From the NCBI GenBank assembly GCA_964016885.1, contig OZ024742.1, forward strand, positions 76,694,001 through 76,758,000: DNA of 64,000 nt, written 5' to 3'. How positions within the stretch are numbered: position 1 is the stretch's first letter; every line of letters begins with the position of its first letter. A program made the position numbers and the translations under genes. Shown here piece after piece: positions 39,884-57,243 of this stretch. The DNA comes from Eledone cirrhosa. Taxonomy: Eukaryota. The notes under the pieces are model-generated. The model made no database searches and had not been told where the DNA came from. It saw nothing but the letters and a program-made list of their open reading frames with translations.

Positions 39884-40340
39884 TCAAGGACTCAAGTATA
39901 GGCTACTCTATTCAATGGAAAGCCATCACTAAGTCCAAGCCATACGCAAGGGGAAATCCGACGTGTGGCTTATGTATCGACGAACGAATAACTAACCTAA
40001 AGAGATTACGCAATAGTGATTGCCTACACACGAGGAGTGAATTTTTCACACGTTGTCCACACGTCCCCCAAACATCTCTTGCATAACTACAAGGCTCCAG
40101 ACTGATTCTTTGTAATTTATTTGGAATTTTTTTAATTTTATTTTCAACCTAAACACTTTCCAGACTTTCTGCACGCACGTAGTCTAATATTGCCTGTTTG
40201 AAATGACCGAGTTTCTGTGCATGCGCGTTTGTACGGTTGTCCTTCCTCTTCCTATAACCATACACATCCCGAGCTGAAGATCCGCGAAGGTGAAACAATT
40301 GTTCTCGGTATGGTGAACTAACTGTTGTGTATCCACTTCT
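39884..40340 (+). mobile_element. Inverted 3' fragment of family G attached to its 5' end; HHR at 40269-40308
   Basis: Encodes KDSSIGYSIQWKAITKSKPY..CGLC..RSEFFTRCPH; reverse complement of 37185-37615; ends in (TA)n. Confidence 0.9.
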
Positions 40341-40362
40341 ATATATATATATATATATATAT

Positions 40363-42615
<2,253 letters not shown>

Positions 42616-42872
42616 TATATATATATATATATAGCCACATGTTTGTGAGGAGACGCTTCAATACTGGGCTCTTATAGGGCACCAGGACAATCACTTTTAC
42701 TGCTGCCCGAGGAGAGGTCAGTGTACATATGGCGCATGCTACGTGTATGAAATGTTAATTACACAAAATACGGTCTCTTCCGTTTGTGAATTGTTTTCCT
42801 TGGATTTATATCAATACCATGCATACTTGCACCTCCCCCCCCCCACACTCACAAACACACACACACACATAA

Positions 42873-42905
<33 letters not shown>

Positions 42906-45900
42906 CGTGTTTGCGTGTGTATGAGTAAACGTAGGCATAGACACATGAACATATGCATGTGTATGTAAAGTAAATATGTAGTATAAATAGGGTTATAGCT
43001 ACACATATATAGCAGAGATAGATAGTTCATTAATATTTCAATTAATATTTCAACTGTATACAATTGTATGGTATACTTGAAAATCCTTATAACCGATTCT
43101 CCTTTTCAAAACAAATCCATGATATCTTTTTCCTTCTACATACGTCGTAATTTATCTCATTATACAATATGAACGCTGAAATATATGACCACCAAATATA
43201 TGTAGTTCTTTCATAATATATTTCTATATATTGCAGTTATAATACGAGCATTGTAGGATATATTTATAAGTCTATAATAGAAGCTATTGCGTAGCAGCAT
43301 GTCAAATTATGTTAAAAGATTGAATGGATGTCCTTAAGAAACTAAGCATCTGAAAGTCTGGGGTACAAGGTTTCAAGCATATTCTATGATTAGTCATAAC
43401 TTTACTGTAGGTGTAATTTTGAGAGCACTACATAAATATTGTATTGTATCTTAATCATAATTTATGGAGTAATATAAAACATTTAAGGACAAATTAGCAG
43501 ATAGTAACATCCTTCCATTGAGAACGCCTAAGAATGCGAAACCCTCGGCGTTTAAACTTCTAGTAGAGTTGCTGGAGAACAATGTTACGCAACGCATGAT
43601 ATATTATTCATCGTATTTAACCATATTATTGGTGTTGAAACTTTGGAAATCCATCGCTTGATTACTTAAATATACACACGTATCTTTTTTTCAAGGAATA
43701 CTTCATGGGAATCTTATATCATTTGCAACTTATACGTCTCATAAGTATAAATGTATTCATTTGTATGTTTTCCCTCCTAGTAATTCCTTCTGTATGAAAC
43801 TGAAGATTGAAAATAAAACATCAATAATTCTTTATTTCACATACTTGTATAAATATGCCTTCTCTAAAAACTGAGTTTTAAAAGGTTGCTTCTGCTCACA
43901 TTGCATGTCTCTAATATACAGCCCAATTCTATAGTTACATTTTTTTCAAAATAAAATTAAAATCGAAATTTTAAAACTTATTGAAATTCGCATTCAATGT
44001 TATGGCTTAAAAAATTAACGATAATGTTGTTATATCCACGAAATCTAATAGAAACACTTAAGTGACATATTGCCAAACTCAGAAAAGAAAGTGAAAACTT
44101 ATAGCAGTTTTCATGAACAAGTAATGAAACAACGAACATATTTATAATATTGACGGATAGATGAATAGTGCTAAAAATATTAATAGCATCACCACCGTGA
44201 CATTAATGACAAAGGCCAAGTCTGCGTATAGATTCCATTTTATTTTATTTTACCATGAAAGATTTGAATTTGGCTGAAAGGAAGATTCTAGAAGTAATCA
44301 AGCTGTCAGTCCGTAACTATGATTAGCGAACGCGGTGAGTGTCTGTAGAAGTGAGAATAAAATCTCAAAATAAAACGGAAAATAACAATAATTAAAAAAT
44401 ATGTGTGAATAAGGAAATAAAAAGTGCAGAGAAAAGAAAACATGATTTTATAAAAAAAAGAAAAAAAAGTGTAAACAGATTTGACAGCAGGACGTGACGT
44501 CATGTTACACTATTAAATCCTTAATATTTCAGATGAATAACTTCTGAAATGAAGGCATGTAAGAATGAAAGAATGATCGAAGACACGAATGAAAGAAAGC
44601 AAAATTGAAATAAACAAACTCTGCTAGAAATCTTTGAAAAACAAAAGGAAAACAAAATTGCTGGCTGCGGCAGTTGATTTTTAATTCCCTTTCTTAGTGT
44701 TGTTGAAATCTATAAATGCTAAAAGCTGTAAGAAAATACGTTATAGTTGACACATACAAAAACATTAAAGTGATTTGATAAATAAGAGACAAGATTGATA
44801 TCTTTTAATCGATATTCCGTGATTACTTAAATTCAATTTAGATTATTTTGAGAGAATTTTTTTAATAAAATTCAAAAGAAGACGAATATATGAAAAGAAA
44901 TCTCATTAACTAACAATATATATTAAAAAGAAAAAAATCTGATTTTGAAGTCTAAAGTCTAAAGGAAATTATTTTTGAATGAGAAATTTCGATTTGTAAT
45001 TGCAATTTACTTTATTATTTGCAACAACTACAGCAGCAAAAAAATAAATAAATATATAAATAGATAAAGTTACTCAATTTTCCAAACCTACATTATTGAA
45101 GAGAATTTTTGCTTCAAATTGCACTTAGTTCAATATGCAAGAATTAATGTTTAACTACATATCAGGATTTTTGAACAAAATATATTTGAAAATATTGACG
45201 AAGCGAATGTAGAGAGTTTGCGTTAATATGTGAGCATCGAATTAAATTGAATATTGTATTTCGTTGCTTGTCGTTACAATTCAAACCCAAAAAGCTTTGC
45301 CTTTAAATCACGCTAACATGGCTGAAATATAATTCATTTACAGATTATATCTAATCGTGTTCAGAAACCAATATTAATAAAAATGAATTCAATAACTTGA
45401 TAAACATGTTACACACATTGAGTAGATCAACTAAAACATGAAGATTCTTCGGTACATATATCTAATTATAGATCGAGATTACTCTCATCTCTTCAAATCA
45501 TACACACTCACACACACATATAAATATATATATAAATATATATATATATATATGTATATATATGTATACAGATATATATGTAATAAAATGACAAACACAG
45601 AAATGCAAGAACAATTACTGCTATTAGAAATGACGTTCAATATGTCAGATAGTAGTCTATCGCCAAGTGAGAACAAGTAGATAGATTATAAAAAAAAAAA
45701 AAAAAAACAGAAATCGAAAGAAATGTGTGTGTGTATCAATCTAAATTTTGGTGGAATAGGGTGTCATAATCTTTTTGGTTGTATTACAATTGTGCATGAG
45801 TGTGGTTTGGCAGTGTTCATATGTATGTGGTTGGGTGTGTGTATGCATGTGGGTGTATTTGTCTGTATTCATACATCCTTAATTAACGTTTGTCAAACTT

Positions 45901-46026
45901 TAATTGGCAGAGTGTTTCCCAGATTACAACACATGGACGGGGAATATTATAAATGATTAGTGATCTTGTATAATCGTAATAAGATGATCACTGTGTAGAT
46001 TGCACAACTCCAGTCAATTAAATTCG

Positions 46027-46140
<114 letters not shown>

Positions 46141-46147
46141 CATATAT

Positions 46148-49100
46148 ACATAAAGATCCGAAGGCATGGTATAAATGTCCAATCATTTTAATCACGACAC
46201 ATGTTTCAATAAGAGACAGATCGATCGTGTAGCTATGATCGATTATCACTGATCTCGGCAGCTGAAAGTGAATTGTCTTCAAATCCTGGATATGAGGGAG
46301 AAAATTAACGGTGTTCACTCCCAGAGTTTAGTCCCTCATATGAAGATCAAGCAGTCAAAACAGGGCGACTGCTATCGTCCTAAGTTAGGGTCATAAAACT
46401 ATCAAGTCTCTATATCCCAATAGCTGTAAAAGACGCTGTACATTAATCAAATCTGTAGAATTACAGTCGGTCACATTTAATTTGAATAGGTACGTACACA
46501 CTCACACACACACGATGCGAGGTCAAAAAAAAAATATATATATATACATATACCAACATAGCATCAAATCTGTAGAACTATAGACGGTCACAGTTAGTGT
46601 GAGTGAGTACACACACACACTCATACACACCGACACAAGGTCAAAGAAAAATATAAATATACCAACAGAGTTTTCACTGAAAGTTAGTTTACAAAACAAC
46701 AAATGTTATATTGGTCAAATTTCAATTTGACGATGTACATTGGAAAAATTGGGTCAATCGCAACCCTATACACACGCAAGTAATTTCAGTTCAATGTATT
46801 GAATTGTAACATCCGTATCTCCAAATAGTGTATGTTATGGTATATACACATCCGTATGGTCCAAAAAAGTGTATGTTTAGGTATATACACATCCATGTGA
46901 AGAGCAAGTAGTCAGCTCATATCGAACTCATCATGTGCCGTTGTCCATTGAGAATCTGAGTCTCTTAATCTGTGCGTGCAAGCAACCGCTGTGTAGGCAA
47001 CCAAGGGGCTCTGTGTAGGGTTGTGTATTTGGGTTAAGGTGACATTATGTGCGATTTCCCGTTGAATGGGCCGTTGGGCTTTTAAGATAGGTGTTTGTGT
47101 GGTGTAGGTGTGTTATCCAACACAAAAGTCAAAATAAAATAACAAAGAATATCAAAACCCAGAGAATGCGTCTAGGCCCATTAATGGTGTGTAAGTATTA
47201 TTGTCCAATCTGTAACCGTGAGCACTCCATGGTTAGATGATCACGGATCAAAACCTTGTGTAGTGTTCAATCGATAGTGACGTGACCAGTAATAACTGTA
47301 GGAACTCAGTGTCTAAAGAAACCGAGTACTGTGTGTAGACCTATATATAGAGAGCGTAATTAGTCTTAACTGAGTGTCTAATACGTTTAGCTATATCCTA
47401 ACTGAGATAACTCAATGGTTAGGGTATTCTAAAGTAATGGTGAATTCGCGTAATTGATATTACCTGAGTGTGTAATCATTCTAACTATTTACTAACTAGG
47501 TATTCTAATGTGAACTCAGTTGTGAGAACTCTGTGGAAACAGGTCGATTACCGTTTGTAAGTGCGCAAACGATCTTAGCTGTCTAACTACCTGAGTGTGT
47601 GATTGTCTGTTTTTTTTTTGCTAATTGAGAGAACTCTATGGCTAAGGTAGAGAGGGAGTAGTTAGTGGTAGGTTACCTTCCAAAAATCCTGCGGAAGGTT
47701 TTCGAGGTTCTATGTTGGCAGTTGCTGAAAAGATCCGCTCTCCTATTGATTAATAGGGGGCCGCCTCTAATAATATTAAAGGTTTCATCTATACATAAAT
47801 TAGACGCGCCAGTGCTGCCGTTATATGGCTGGGGTGAGCAAATTATGGACCAGGATAAGGAGTGCTCTATATTCAGTTGTTTAAGCTTCCAGACTAATTC
47901 AGAAAGCACCGTACTATTTTTTTATCTAATCTATTAAAAGTATGGCGATGATTATACCATATATCCTTAAATTCGGTGGCAGTTGTCCCAACATACCTGA
48001 AGCTTCTATCTAAAGTGGAGACCTTACAGTCTTAGACTATGTTTTTAGTGAGGCATTTCCCAGCCATGGGGCAAGTGGCGGTGTTCCTGCAATTACATTT
48101 TTCTGTTATCGACCTGGGTAGTTCCAGAGGAACCACGGTACCTCTGGGGTCGGGTCTCAGTTCTTGTCTGCTCTATGGGTAAGTTCCCAGGAGTTGGGGT
48201 GACCCGACTCGCCTCACTTGTATGAGTCCGTTCAACCATAGAGCTGCCATTAGTTCGGCCATGTCTCATGACCCCTTGGGCTGTCCTACGTCTACTATAA
48301 TTCATCTTAGCTATATTCTGAGCTATGTTACTGGCTGTGGAGTAGGACAGCTTAATGGTATTCCTATTGAATATTTCATAGTATCTGTGTCATCTAGGGA
48401 AGCATTTGTCTAAGGCCCTAAAGAAAAGCTTAGCTATACTAGTGGTCAGGCCAGTGGAGTAAGGGGGGATATACCACAGGTTTTTCTGCTCCGATGCCTC
48501 TTGTTCTTGCTAGCTATACTGGAGTTACCTGCCCCCCTAGTAGTTACTGGTCTATTATAACTGAAAACTGCCTGTGGGTCGATGGTGTCCTGGGGTGTCC
48601 CGATTGTGTTCGGAATCGTCCCATGTCTCCGGAGCGGTGTACCCCCCGTGGAGCCATTGGGATTAACCTCGATAGCCGGGGTTATATCCACTATGTGCCT
48701 GCTACATGTATCCCTATTCCTTCTACCCGAACCTCGTTCCATTTTACATTCAACGGTTGTTTTATCAGTTCTATAATTAAGGTTACAATTAGAGTTTCCG
48801 CAGGCATTACGGTGTTCAGACCCCGTGTTTGTACCTGGGTGATTGTTTTCATTGGTACCATCGACATTGGGACTAGGAGGCAATACAACATGAAGTCTAT
48901 ATTGATCCCCCCTCGCATCCCGCCTGCTGTTAACTAAAGTGTCACTATTTTGGTCTAAGCTATCGCAGGCAATGTTGCTACTACTATTTAATTGACGTTT
49001 GAATGAGATTCCCTCACTATGCCCCGCGTGTTCCAGTGCGCTATTATAGTAATTCGAGAACCTATCAAAGGTATCTTCATTGGAAGATAGTCCTAAAATT

Positions 49101-50445
49101 CTACTAGAGACGCTTTTGGTAATACCGTTAGTGACTGTTCTAGGGTGGTTCGATTTTGCTTTGACATAAATTTTCGTTGGTGGGTTTGTGGTAGGGTGGG
49201 AAGAGTCCTGAATTGAGGTTAAGTGTAATATCTAGAAAATTAACTATCTTCAGGTTTTCTTCAAACACTATACTTAGGTCAATGTTGTTGAAAAATTTGC
49301 TTAATTTTTCCTCACCCTCTCTACCATACTATTATTATGGAATGACACAGTAAACAAAACGTCGTCACGGTAAGCGCCACATCCCAAGTGGGGCATTTCC
49401 ACTCCGAGACAGTTGAGGAAGTAAAGGCACACCAGATCCGTCACCATAACATACACTATATGGAGATACAGATGTTACAATTCAATCTGTAAACGTATAG
49501 CTGAACATTGAACTGAAGTTACTTGCGTGTGTATAGGTTTGCGGTTGACCCAATTTTTCTAATTCTTTTGGACGATACGGATGTGTATATACCATAACAT
49601 ACACTATTTAGAGATACGGATGTTACAATTCAATCAATACACGTATAGCAGAACATTGAACTGAACTTACTTGCGTGTGTATAGGGTTGCGGTTGACCCA
49701 ATTTTTCCAATTTTCATCGTCAAATTGAGATTTGACCAATATAACATTTGTTGTTTTGTAAACTATCTTTCGGTAAATACTATGTTGGTATATTTATATT
49801 TTTTCTTTGACCTCGTGTCGGTGTGTATGAGTGTGTGTGTGTACTCACTCACACTAACTGTGACCGTCTATAGTTCTACAGATTTGATGCTATGTTGGTA
49901 TATGTATATATATATATTTCTTCTTTGACCTCGCATCGAGTGTGTGTGAGTGTGGGTGTACCTACTCAAATTAACTGTGACCGACTGTTATTTTACAGAT
50001 TTGATTGATGTCCAGCGTCTTTTACAGCTATTGGGATATAGGGACTTGTTAGTTTTATGACCCTAACTTAGGACGATAGCAGTCGCCGTGTTTTGACTGC
50101 TTGATCTTCATATGAGGGACTAAACTCTGTGTGTGAACACCGTTAATTTTCTCCCTCATATCCAGGATTTAAAGACAATTCATTTTCACCTGACGAGATC
50201 AGTGATAATTGATCATGGCTACACGATCGATCGGTCTCTTATTGAAACATGTGTCGTGATTAAAATGATTGGAAATTTATACCATACCTTCGGATCTTTA
50301 TTTTGATACGAATAATCCGTTTTATATTATCTAGCTCTTCCTATAAATGGAATTGGAGATATACAAAAGCATGGAGAACTTAATATTAGTAACAAAAATG
50401 TATTGGACCGTTTGACACAACCAATAATACAGCTTACTATATAAC

Positions 50446-50450
<5 letters not shown>
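46148..50450 (-). mobile_element. Naiad-type PLE (family C), degenerate ORF 47673-49440, long 3' region, inverted 3'-end copy at 49443-50450; both ends at (TA)n
   Basis: GAYRDD, SNHP, WYIPPYS..LDKCFP..IFNRNTIKLSYS, CNCRNTATCP, YVGTTATEFK, RRADLFSNCQH; 46151-46868 is the reverse complement of 49566-50300. Confidence 0.85.
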
Positions 50451-50486
<36 letters not shown>

Positions 50487-50533
50487 CGTGGGTGTATGTA
50501 TGTGTTTATGTGTATGTGTGTGTGAGAGAGTGA

Positions 50534-50607
<74 letters not shown>

Positions 50608-51004
50608 ATATGTGTGTGTAAGATAATACAAGGTCATATGCGTTATATTTGAGCTAAATATTCACGGGTAATAGTATTTTGGTATCATCTTCACTACCGT
50701 GGTTTCTTTTTCTCGCAGTGTTGACAAGCGGTTCAGTGGTCAATTACTGCAATATTAATCTATTTGTCTATCAATATAACTATCTGTCCTTCTCTCTATT
50801 GCCCTTAGACTATCTCTGGTTAACATGTTTAATTTTTAAATTATCTCCTTGGTGTATTTGTCTCTTTACCCATCTACATTACTGACTATATAATAATCAA
50901 GATATCGATTCATCTCTGTAACCAGCTATCTGTCTATATATCTATTCACCTCTTTCTCCCGCGCGCTCTCTCTCTCTCTGTCTCTCGCTCTCTCTCTCTC
51001 TCAC

Positions 51005-51091
<87 letters not shown>

Positions 51092-51097
<6 letters not shown>

Positions 51098-51490
51098 ATA
51101 CTTTGGGAGGGTCATGTTGCCAATAAAAGCACACGCACCTCTAGATTTAACTTCAATGTATTATAAGTTTTCGGTTGGTTTGATGACAGGAATGTTCTTT
51201 ATATATTGTGAAAGCTCTTTCGTCAGACATTCCGTGACCTCCTTGTTTGTGTGTTTTGACAACACACAAGAACAAGAAGATATAGGCCATTGAATAAGAG
51301 AGGCACAACATAAAAACCTAGTCGCTCTGAAGGTCCAACCAACCAGAAAATTAATAATAAATTGAAGTGAAAGCGAACAGGTGCGTGTGTTTGTATTGTC
51401 AGCATGACCCTCCCAAAGTATAACAATATCTGTTTGAACACACGTTTTCAGATAAGAAATCTCGCAAAACAAATTCAAATGCGAATTAGT
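51092..51490. mobile_element. Head-to-head terminal fragments of a family-B-related PLE
   Basis: tattgttatactttgggagggtcat (minus) and ATGACCCTCCCAAAGTATAACAATATC encoding MTLPKYNNICLNTRFQIRNLAKQIQ (plus). Confidence 0.8.
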
Positions 51491-51631
51491 CACGTGGAAA
51501 ACACTGTAATTAAGGTCGATTGACGTAATTTCTAACGATCACCGGCTTTTAGATTCACGTGATTAATGAAACAATTGTTAATACTGTATATAAACCCTTT
51601 TTGTACAGCCGATCATGTTATTTTTCATTAA

Positions 51632-51732
51632 ATTTGCCTTTCATTCTTATGGGGTCGATAAAATAAAGTACCAGTAATATACTGGGATAATTGCTGGCCT
51701 TGTGCCTATAGTAGAAATAGTAGAAATCATTA
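51632..51732 (+). mobile_element. SINE family 1, 3' half
   Basis: tttgcctttcattcttatggggtcgataaaataaagtaccag..gctggccttgtgcc. Confidence 0.85.
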
Positions 51733-51735
51733 TTT

Positions 51736-51792
<57 letters not shown>

Positions 51793-51797
<5 letters not shown>

Positions 51798-51943
51798 TAT
51801 GAAGAGAGAAGAAACATTTAGATATAATTAGTAATAAAATGTATCATACCTAAACTGTTCCTAAATTCCTCATAGGAACAGTTTAGGTATGATACATTTT
51901 ATTACTAATTATATCTAAATGTTTCTTCTCTCTTCATAATGTA
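51793..51943. repeat. Perfect hairpin with about 70-bp arms next to (TA)n
   Basis: tacattatgaagagagaag..aactgttcct versus aggaacagtt..cttctctcttcataatgta. Confidence 0.9.
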
Positions 51944-52100
51944 TTTTTAACTCTGATACTGGTTCAGTCTGGTTCAAACTGAATTGGTCTGTCCCAGTCA
52001 TTCATTGAGCAACATCGGTGAAGTAGGCACCTTTAACTCACAGTTGGGTGCGGATGCATTCATGTGTATATGTGTGTGTCCGCATGTATCTGTGTGTTTC

Positions 52101-52146
<46 letters not shown>

Positions 52147-52646
52147 TAACAGTTACGTGGTTTTGTCTTTGCGTGCAATTGTTCTCACCGCTCCACATAT
52201 AACGTATTTTCTTCGTTTTGTCCGTTCATTGCCAGAGAACGTCTCTATGAACCACCTAATAGAATATTAGTCTACGACTTCTTTTATACCATAAACGTGG
52301 TTTTGTCTTTGCGTGTAATTGCTTTTCACCGCTCCAAATAATGACGTATTATATTCGTTTTTTCCCGTTCTTTGCCAGGGAACGTTTCCACAAACCAAAG
52401 TATCGTCTTCCTGTCTTCCTCCTGTTGCAACGTTTTTTGAAATATTCACTTCTGCGTTCACAGATTGGCTTTGTTAGTTTCAGAAGATCCCGTTAAGGGT
52501 GAAAACAGCGATTATTTGCTTAAAATTTAATCTTTTATTTTAATAAATATTTGCTCTACGGTTCTTATATATTTGATATATATTTATCCATATCGAGCCC
52601 TCTGGATTTTAGTCTTCAAATTTATTATTATTACTATATATATATA

Positions 52647-52837
52647 GGGCGGTGGATTGGCAGTATCGGTAGAGGGTCGGGACGCCATGCTTTGAAGCAT
52701 ATAGTTACCTCCCTTTATGATCTGAGTTCAAATCCCGCCGAGATTAACTTTGCCTTTCATCCTTACGGGGTCGATAAAATAAAGTACCAGTAATACACTG
52801 GGAATATTGCTGGCCTTGTGCCAAAAGTAGAAACAAT

Positions 52838-52840
<3 letters not shown>
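52647..52840 (+). mobile_element. SINE family 1, full length
   Basis: Family match; ttactatatatatata on both sides. Confidence 0.92.
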
Positions 52841-52898
<58 letters not shown>

Positions 52899-52905
<7 letters not shown>

Positions 52906-53845
52906 GGGCGTAACATGATTTTCACTGCTAGTATCGGCTGCATCTCAGCATACTCAATAGGTAATGTTATATAAATCCCAGAGTAGACACAGATATTTGC
53001 TTCGATACAACACACGTAGATTGGCACCTCAAATCTATATCCATACATAGTTTCAGCCACACATAGTGCAGCAATAGAATGCACAGCATCCACTGTCTGC
53101 ATTTATTATGCATACATGCACAATCGGCGAACATGGCTTCATCAGCAGGTTTCCCCTAATCAATAATCAATCGATCGACAGAGTTATATTCCAGTTTGTG
53201 TCGGCTATGACACTGAATGTGGCAGGCAACACAGTAGTATATTAGGAAGACATTGGTTACTGGTTCAGAAATTTACGTGCCGGTAGGCGTCAAAATTCAA
53301 ATATTTCCGCTCCAAGGATCAGTACTCCCCAACGTATCTCAAACACAAATTAATGAGTGAGTGAAAATAATTGGTTATTAGAGAAAATCAGTTTCCAATC
53401 GCTGTACAATAGAATGGTAGCATTTGGCTCCAGTCTCCATGTACCGTGGTGAAAAATGGTGCGACATTAACAATGGTAGCGCCTAAAACCTTTCCGCACA
53501 TTAAATGCCAACAGGCGATTAGACACCAATTTGGAAATAGCGCGCTGTTTAGAGTCTGAATTCTAGATATTTCGACCAACGTCGTGCGTAAACCGGTCAA
53601 TTTCACAAATGGTGCGATTCAATAGGTGAGTGAGAGAGAGTGATTGAACATAGATTAGAACGTATATCAAACAATACACAATAAATTATGTGAAATTTGT
53701 TCAACTTACTCTCATTGTTAATCTGCTAGTTGGCAGAAAATGATAATAATTTGACGTGACGAGCATGAGTTTCACTGTTAGTACCGGTTGCATCTCAGCG
53801 TACTCAATAGGTAATGTAATGTAAAATCCCAGAGTAGACACAAAG
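52899..53845 (-). mobile_element. Non-coding HHR element with terminal direct repeats (unit about 850 bp)
   Basis: 52914-52991 matches 53764-53842; minus-strand CTGATGA-AGCCAT...GTGGCT-GAAAC-TAT-GTA at 53041-53149 (stem I weak). Confidence 0.6.
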
Positions 53846-54431
53846 TTACTAACATCTACTTGCACTATCTCACTCATTTATTTCTTTATATTTTCAATTT
53901 CCTCATTTTCGTATTATTTTTTAATGTACCCTATCTTATATTTTACTTTTTACTTTTTACATCTGTAACTTCTCTATATGTTTAGCCTACATGTATATAA
54001 TTGATGTTATTGTTTTAATTAGACGCAATTTTATTATTGATGTTATTGTTTTGGTTTTAAGCTGTTTTCTCTATATATGTATGTCCACGAGTGAATTATT
54101 TTCATATCTACGTATCTGACATGTTGACCAGTGGTAAACAATGTATTGGAGATCAATTGACGCAACCTCAAGCGATTAGCGAACTCTAGACACACCTGAT
54201 CAACGAAACAATTGTCAGTACTTTAAATGAAGCCCTTATTGTACAGCCAACCATGTTACTCTGCTTTCTTTAACTATTAGTACTCCAAGTATAACCTGCA
54301 TTGAAATTACCGTGAACTGCATAACTATGGAAACATCTTGTTGAGTCAAACAAAGCCGTACATTAAAACTATCCACGGTGCGGAGTACTCATAAGCTCTA
54401 ACAGGATTACCTATAACGATAACTTGTTATC

Positions 54432-54493
<62 letters not shown>

Positions 54494-54867
54494 CCATTTG
54501 TCAATCTACTTTCGTAGCCAAACTCCAGTATCTAATAGATGTATCTATATTTGTATAAACACATCAAAAACAAAAATGCACTAGAAAACAAAACAGCACA
54601 CCGATATCCAGATAGATAACGCGAATCACCATAGTCTATTGCATATATGTTTGACAATGATTAAAGGATATATGGAAGAAAAGGTCAAGGAAAATCTGGA
54701 AGTGTCCATTATAAGAATAATGGAATTATTAAATAAACCTTACTTACTTCAAACACCTTCACCTTTGGCTTTTAGCGGTTACTGTTCATGTACCCTCTCT
54801 CACTCGACATGTATATATATATGCATATATATATATATATATATATATGTGTGTATGTGTGTGGATG

Positions 54868-54930
<63 letters not shown>

Positions 54931-55901
54931 TTCAAGAGTAACCAATCTTAAAGAGAGAGATGGAGATAGTAGAGGAGATATGAGAGGAAATATTTGTGAG
55001 TTAGTTAGAAGCCAAAGCGTAAACGGGCATTATTATTATTAATATTATTATTATTATTATTCTCTACATTCCTTACATCAAACTAAAATATGTTGACAAT
55101 CTTTTAATAATGTCTTACTAGTGAAGTTTGTGGTCTTGTTTTGCTTAACTAATGAATATATATATATATATGCATGTGTGGGGGTTTGTGTGTGCATGTG
55201 TGTGTAACAACAATTACAGGCGTTGCGCTGTTCGAAGCACTCAATGCTCTTACAAGCTCCGTTTTGCTTTTGATTGGATTCCAGAGTTACGGCTGTAGTG
55301 TGCAAAGTGTAAACAGATTTAAAATAATCGAAGTTATTGTACAAACTATCTATCTATTCTATTTTCTATTTTCCCATTCTTCCAGTAGGTTTTGGTTCAA
55401 CGTATGCAGATAACACATGATGAGATCGCCTTGTCTTGCATCATAGTCTGATGACGTAGCTACTCGAGATTAGTGATTTCACGGATTTAAAATTCTAAAG
55501 TAAATTTTCTAGTCCGGTATCTGTTGTTTTAATGAATGCGTTACTCCGTTCCTTCACCAACCAATAGATGAGTTGCATAAACTTGAGTGCTTTAATTAAT
55601 ATGGTGCAAAATCGTTTACAAACCACAACCACAAGTTCTTCCCATGGGTTAACAACCTATCATAAATTATATATAAATAAATATATATATATATACATGT
55701 GAGAAAAACCACAGACCCTCCATCTCAACTCACCTTTTGAAAAGCAGAAGAACTGCAAAACCGGTAAAGGAACCAAATAAATATATATATTTAAAAAGAA
55801 AATAAGACTCCTGTTGCATTTTCGATTTCATCTCTTTTTCTTTATACTTTCACTCGTGTAGGACACCTCGGTTGTTTTTCATTTTGTAAAAAAAACCTCA
55901 C

Positions 55902-55940
<39 letters not shown>

Positions 55941-56479
55941 CAATAATTTACTACTTTATCGGTTTCACGTGTTGAATATGTATCTATGCCGACTTGTATC
56001 TCGCATCTAATTATGTTGGGAATTTCTTTCAGTTTTATTTAAAAAAAAAAATTGGCTCAGTTTGCTATATATTTGCTATATAGTGCAAGTAAAATTTGAT
56101 AAATATCGAATTTTTTAGTAATTTTGTGCCCAAATTAGGGAGTGCCTTGGTTCTCTCTGGGTTTTACAGGAAATAGACTCAATTTTTAGGTATAATTTGA
56201 TAAGCTGGGGGTTATCATATTTTTAAACATCAAGTTTGGTGGTAACTTCACGCCAAAAAATGTTGTGAATGTGGAAAGTACCAATTCATCTCAGCCTTAT
56301 TCAATAGTCAAAGGAAGTTGGTATTGTTCTTGTGGCAATTCTAACATTTTGAAGGCCAACTCTATGAAAAAGACCACCAAACTTTGGAGAATAAATCTCT
56401 GAACATGAGGAATTTACTTCACTTCAAAGATGGGAAAAGCATACTAATTTGTTCAGCCATTATAAAGAAAAGCTCATGT

Positions 56480-57177
56480 TCGTATAGTACTGAACATGCC
56501 AGACAACAACACGACGGTAACATAGACAACATAGAAATTAGAATAATATCCAAACATAGAAATGACCCAGCAGATAGGCAAATCAGAGAGGCCAGTGAAA
56601 TAGAACTTAGAAGGCCAAGGCTAAACATAAAAAAATGAATGGAATAACAACAACACCTAAACAAACAACACTGACCTAAGGGAAGTATAAATAAATAAAT
56701 AGATAAATAAATGAATACATACACAAGCACAATAACAACAAACACATATAAACACACACTAGTAAAGATAGAATACATTAACCAATACACAGTCACCCAA
56801 TTACGAACAAACATCAAACAAAACACTATACACACACGCAAACGCATGCGCAAAGAAGACAAACAAATAAACAAAAAAAAAATATATAAACATACTAAAT
56901 ATAGATGGCGTAGAAAATACAATGCAACGGGAGGAAACAATAGCACTACTGACGATGTTGCAGATGTGCAACGAAAGAACTTTGATAGACTATATATATG
57001 TGTTTGTGTCTATATTGTATCTGTATTTTTTACTGTTGGTCAGTTAATGGCAACATTGAGGACCGAATAAATTAAATTAACCGATATAAAAGACACAGAA
57101 GCGAAAAGCGAAAACCAACCAAACAGTGAGTGTGTTCTGTTATTAATTCTGGGAATATTACACACATATGACCCTCT

Positions 57178-57180
<3 letters not shown>
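56480..57180 (+). mobile_element. 3' fragment of a family-B-related PLE (EN C-terminus, 3' UTR, HHR 56946-56988)
   Basis: EHARQQHDG..IEIRIISKHRNDPADRQIREA..RPRLN; CTA-CTGACGA-T-GTTGCA gatg TGCAAC-GAAA-GAAC-TT; cgcatgcgca and gatggcg upstream. Confidence 0.8.

Positions 57181-57243
<63 letters not shown>

Noticed and set aside
46148-50450. Large TIR DNA transposon carrying a PLE
   Set aside because: The arms contain an HHR, are unequal in extent and follow the PLE inverted 3'-end pattern; there is no transposase.
55445-55485. Isolated CTGANGA-like words as hammerheads (also 4389, 34814, 36754, 61623)
   Set aside because: I could not assemble a stem II-GAAA-stem III-stem I arrangement; 36754 lies within a hairpin repeat.
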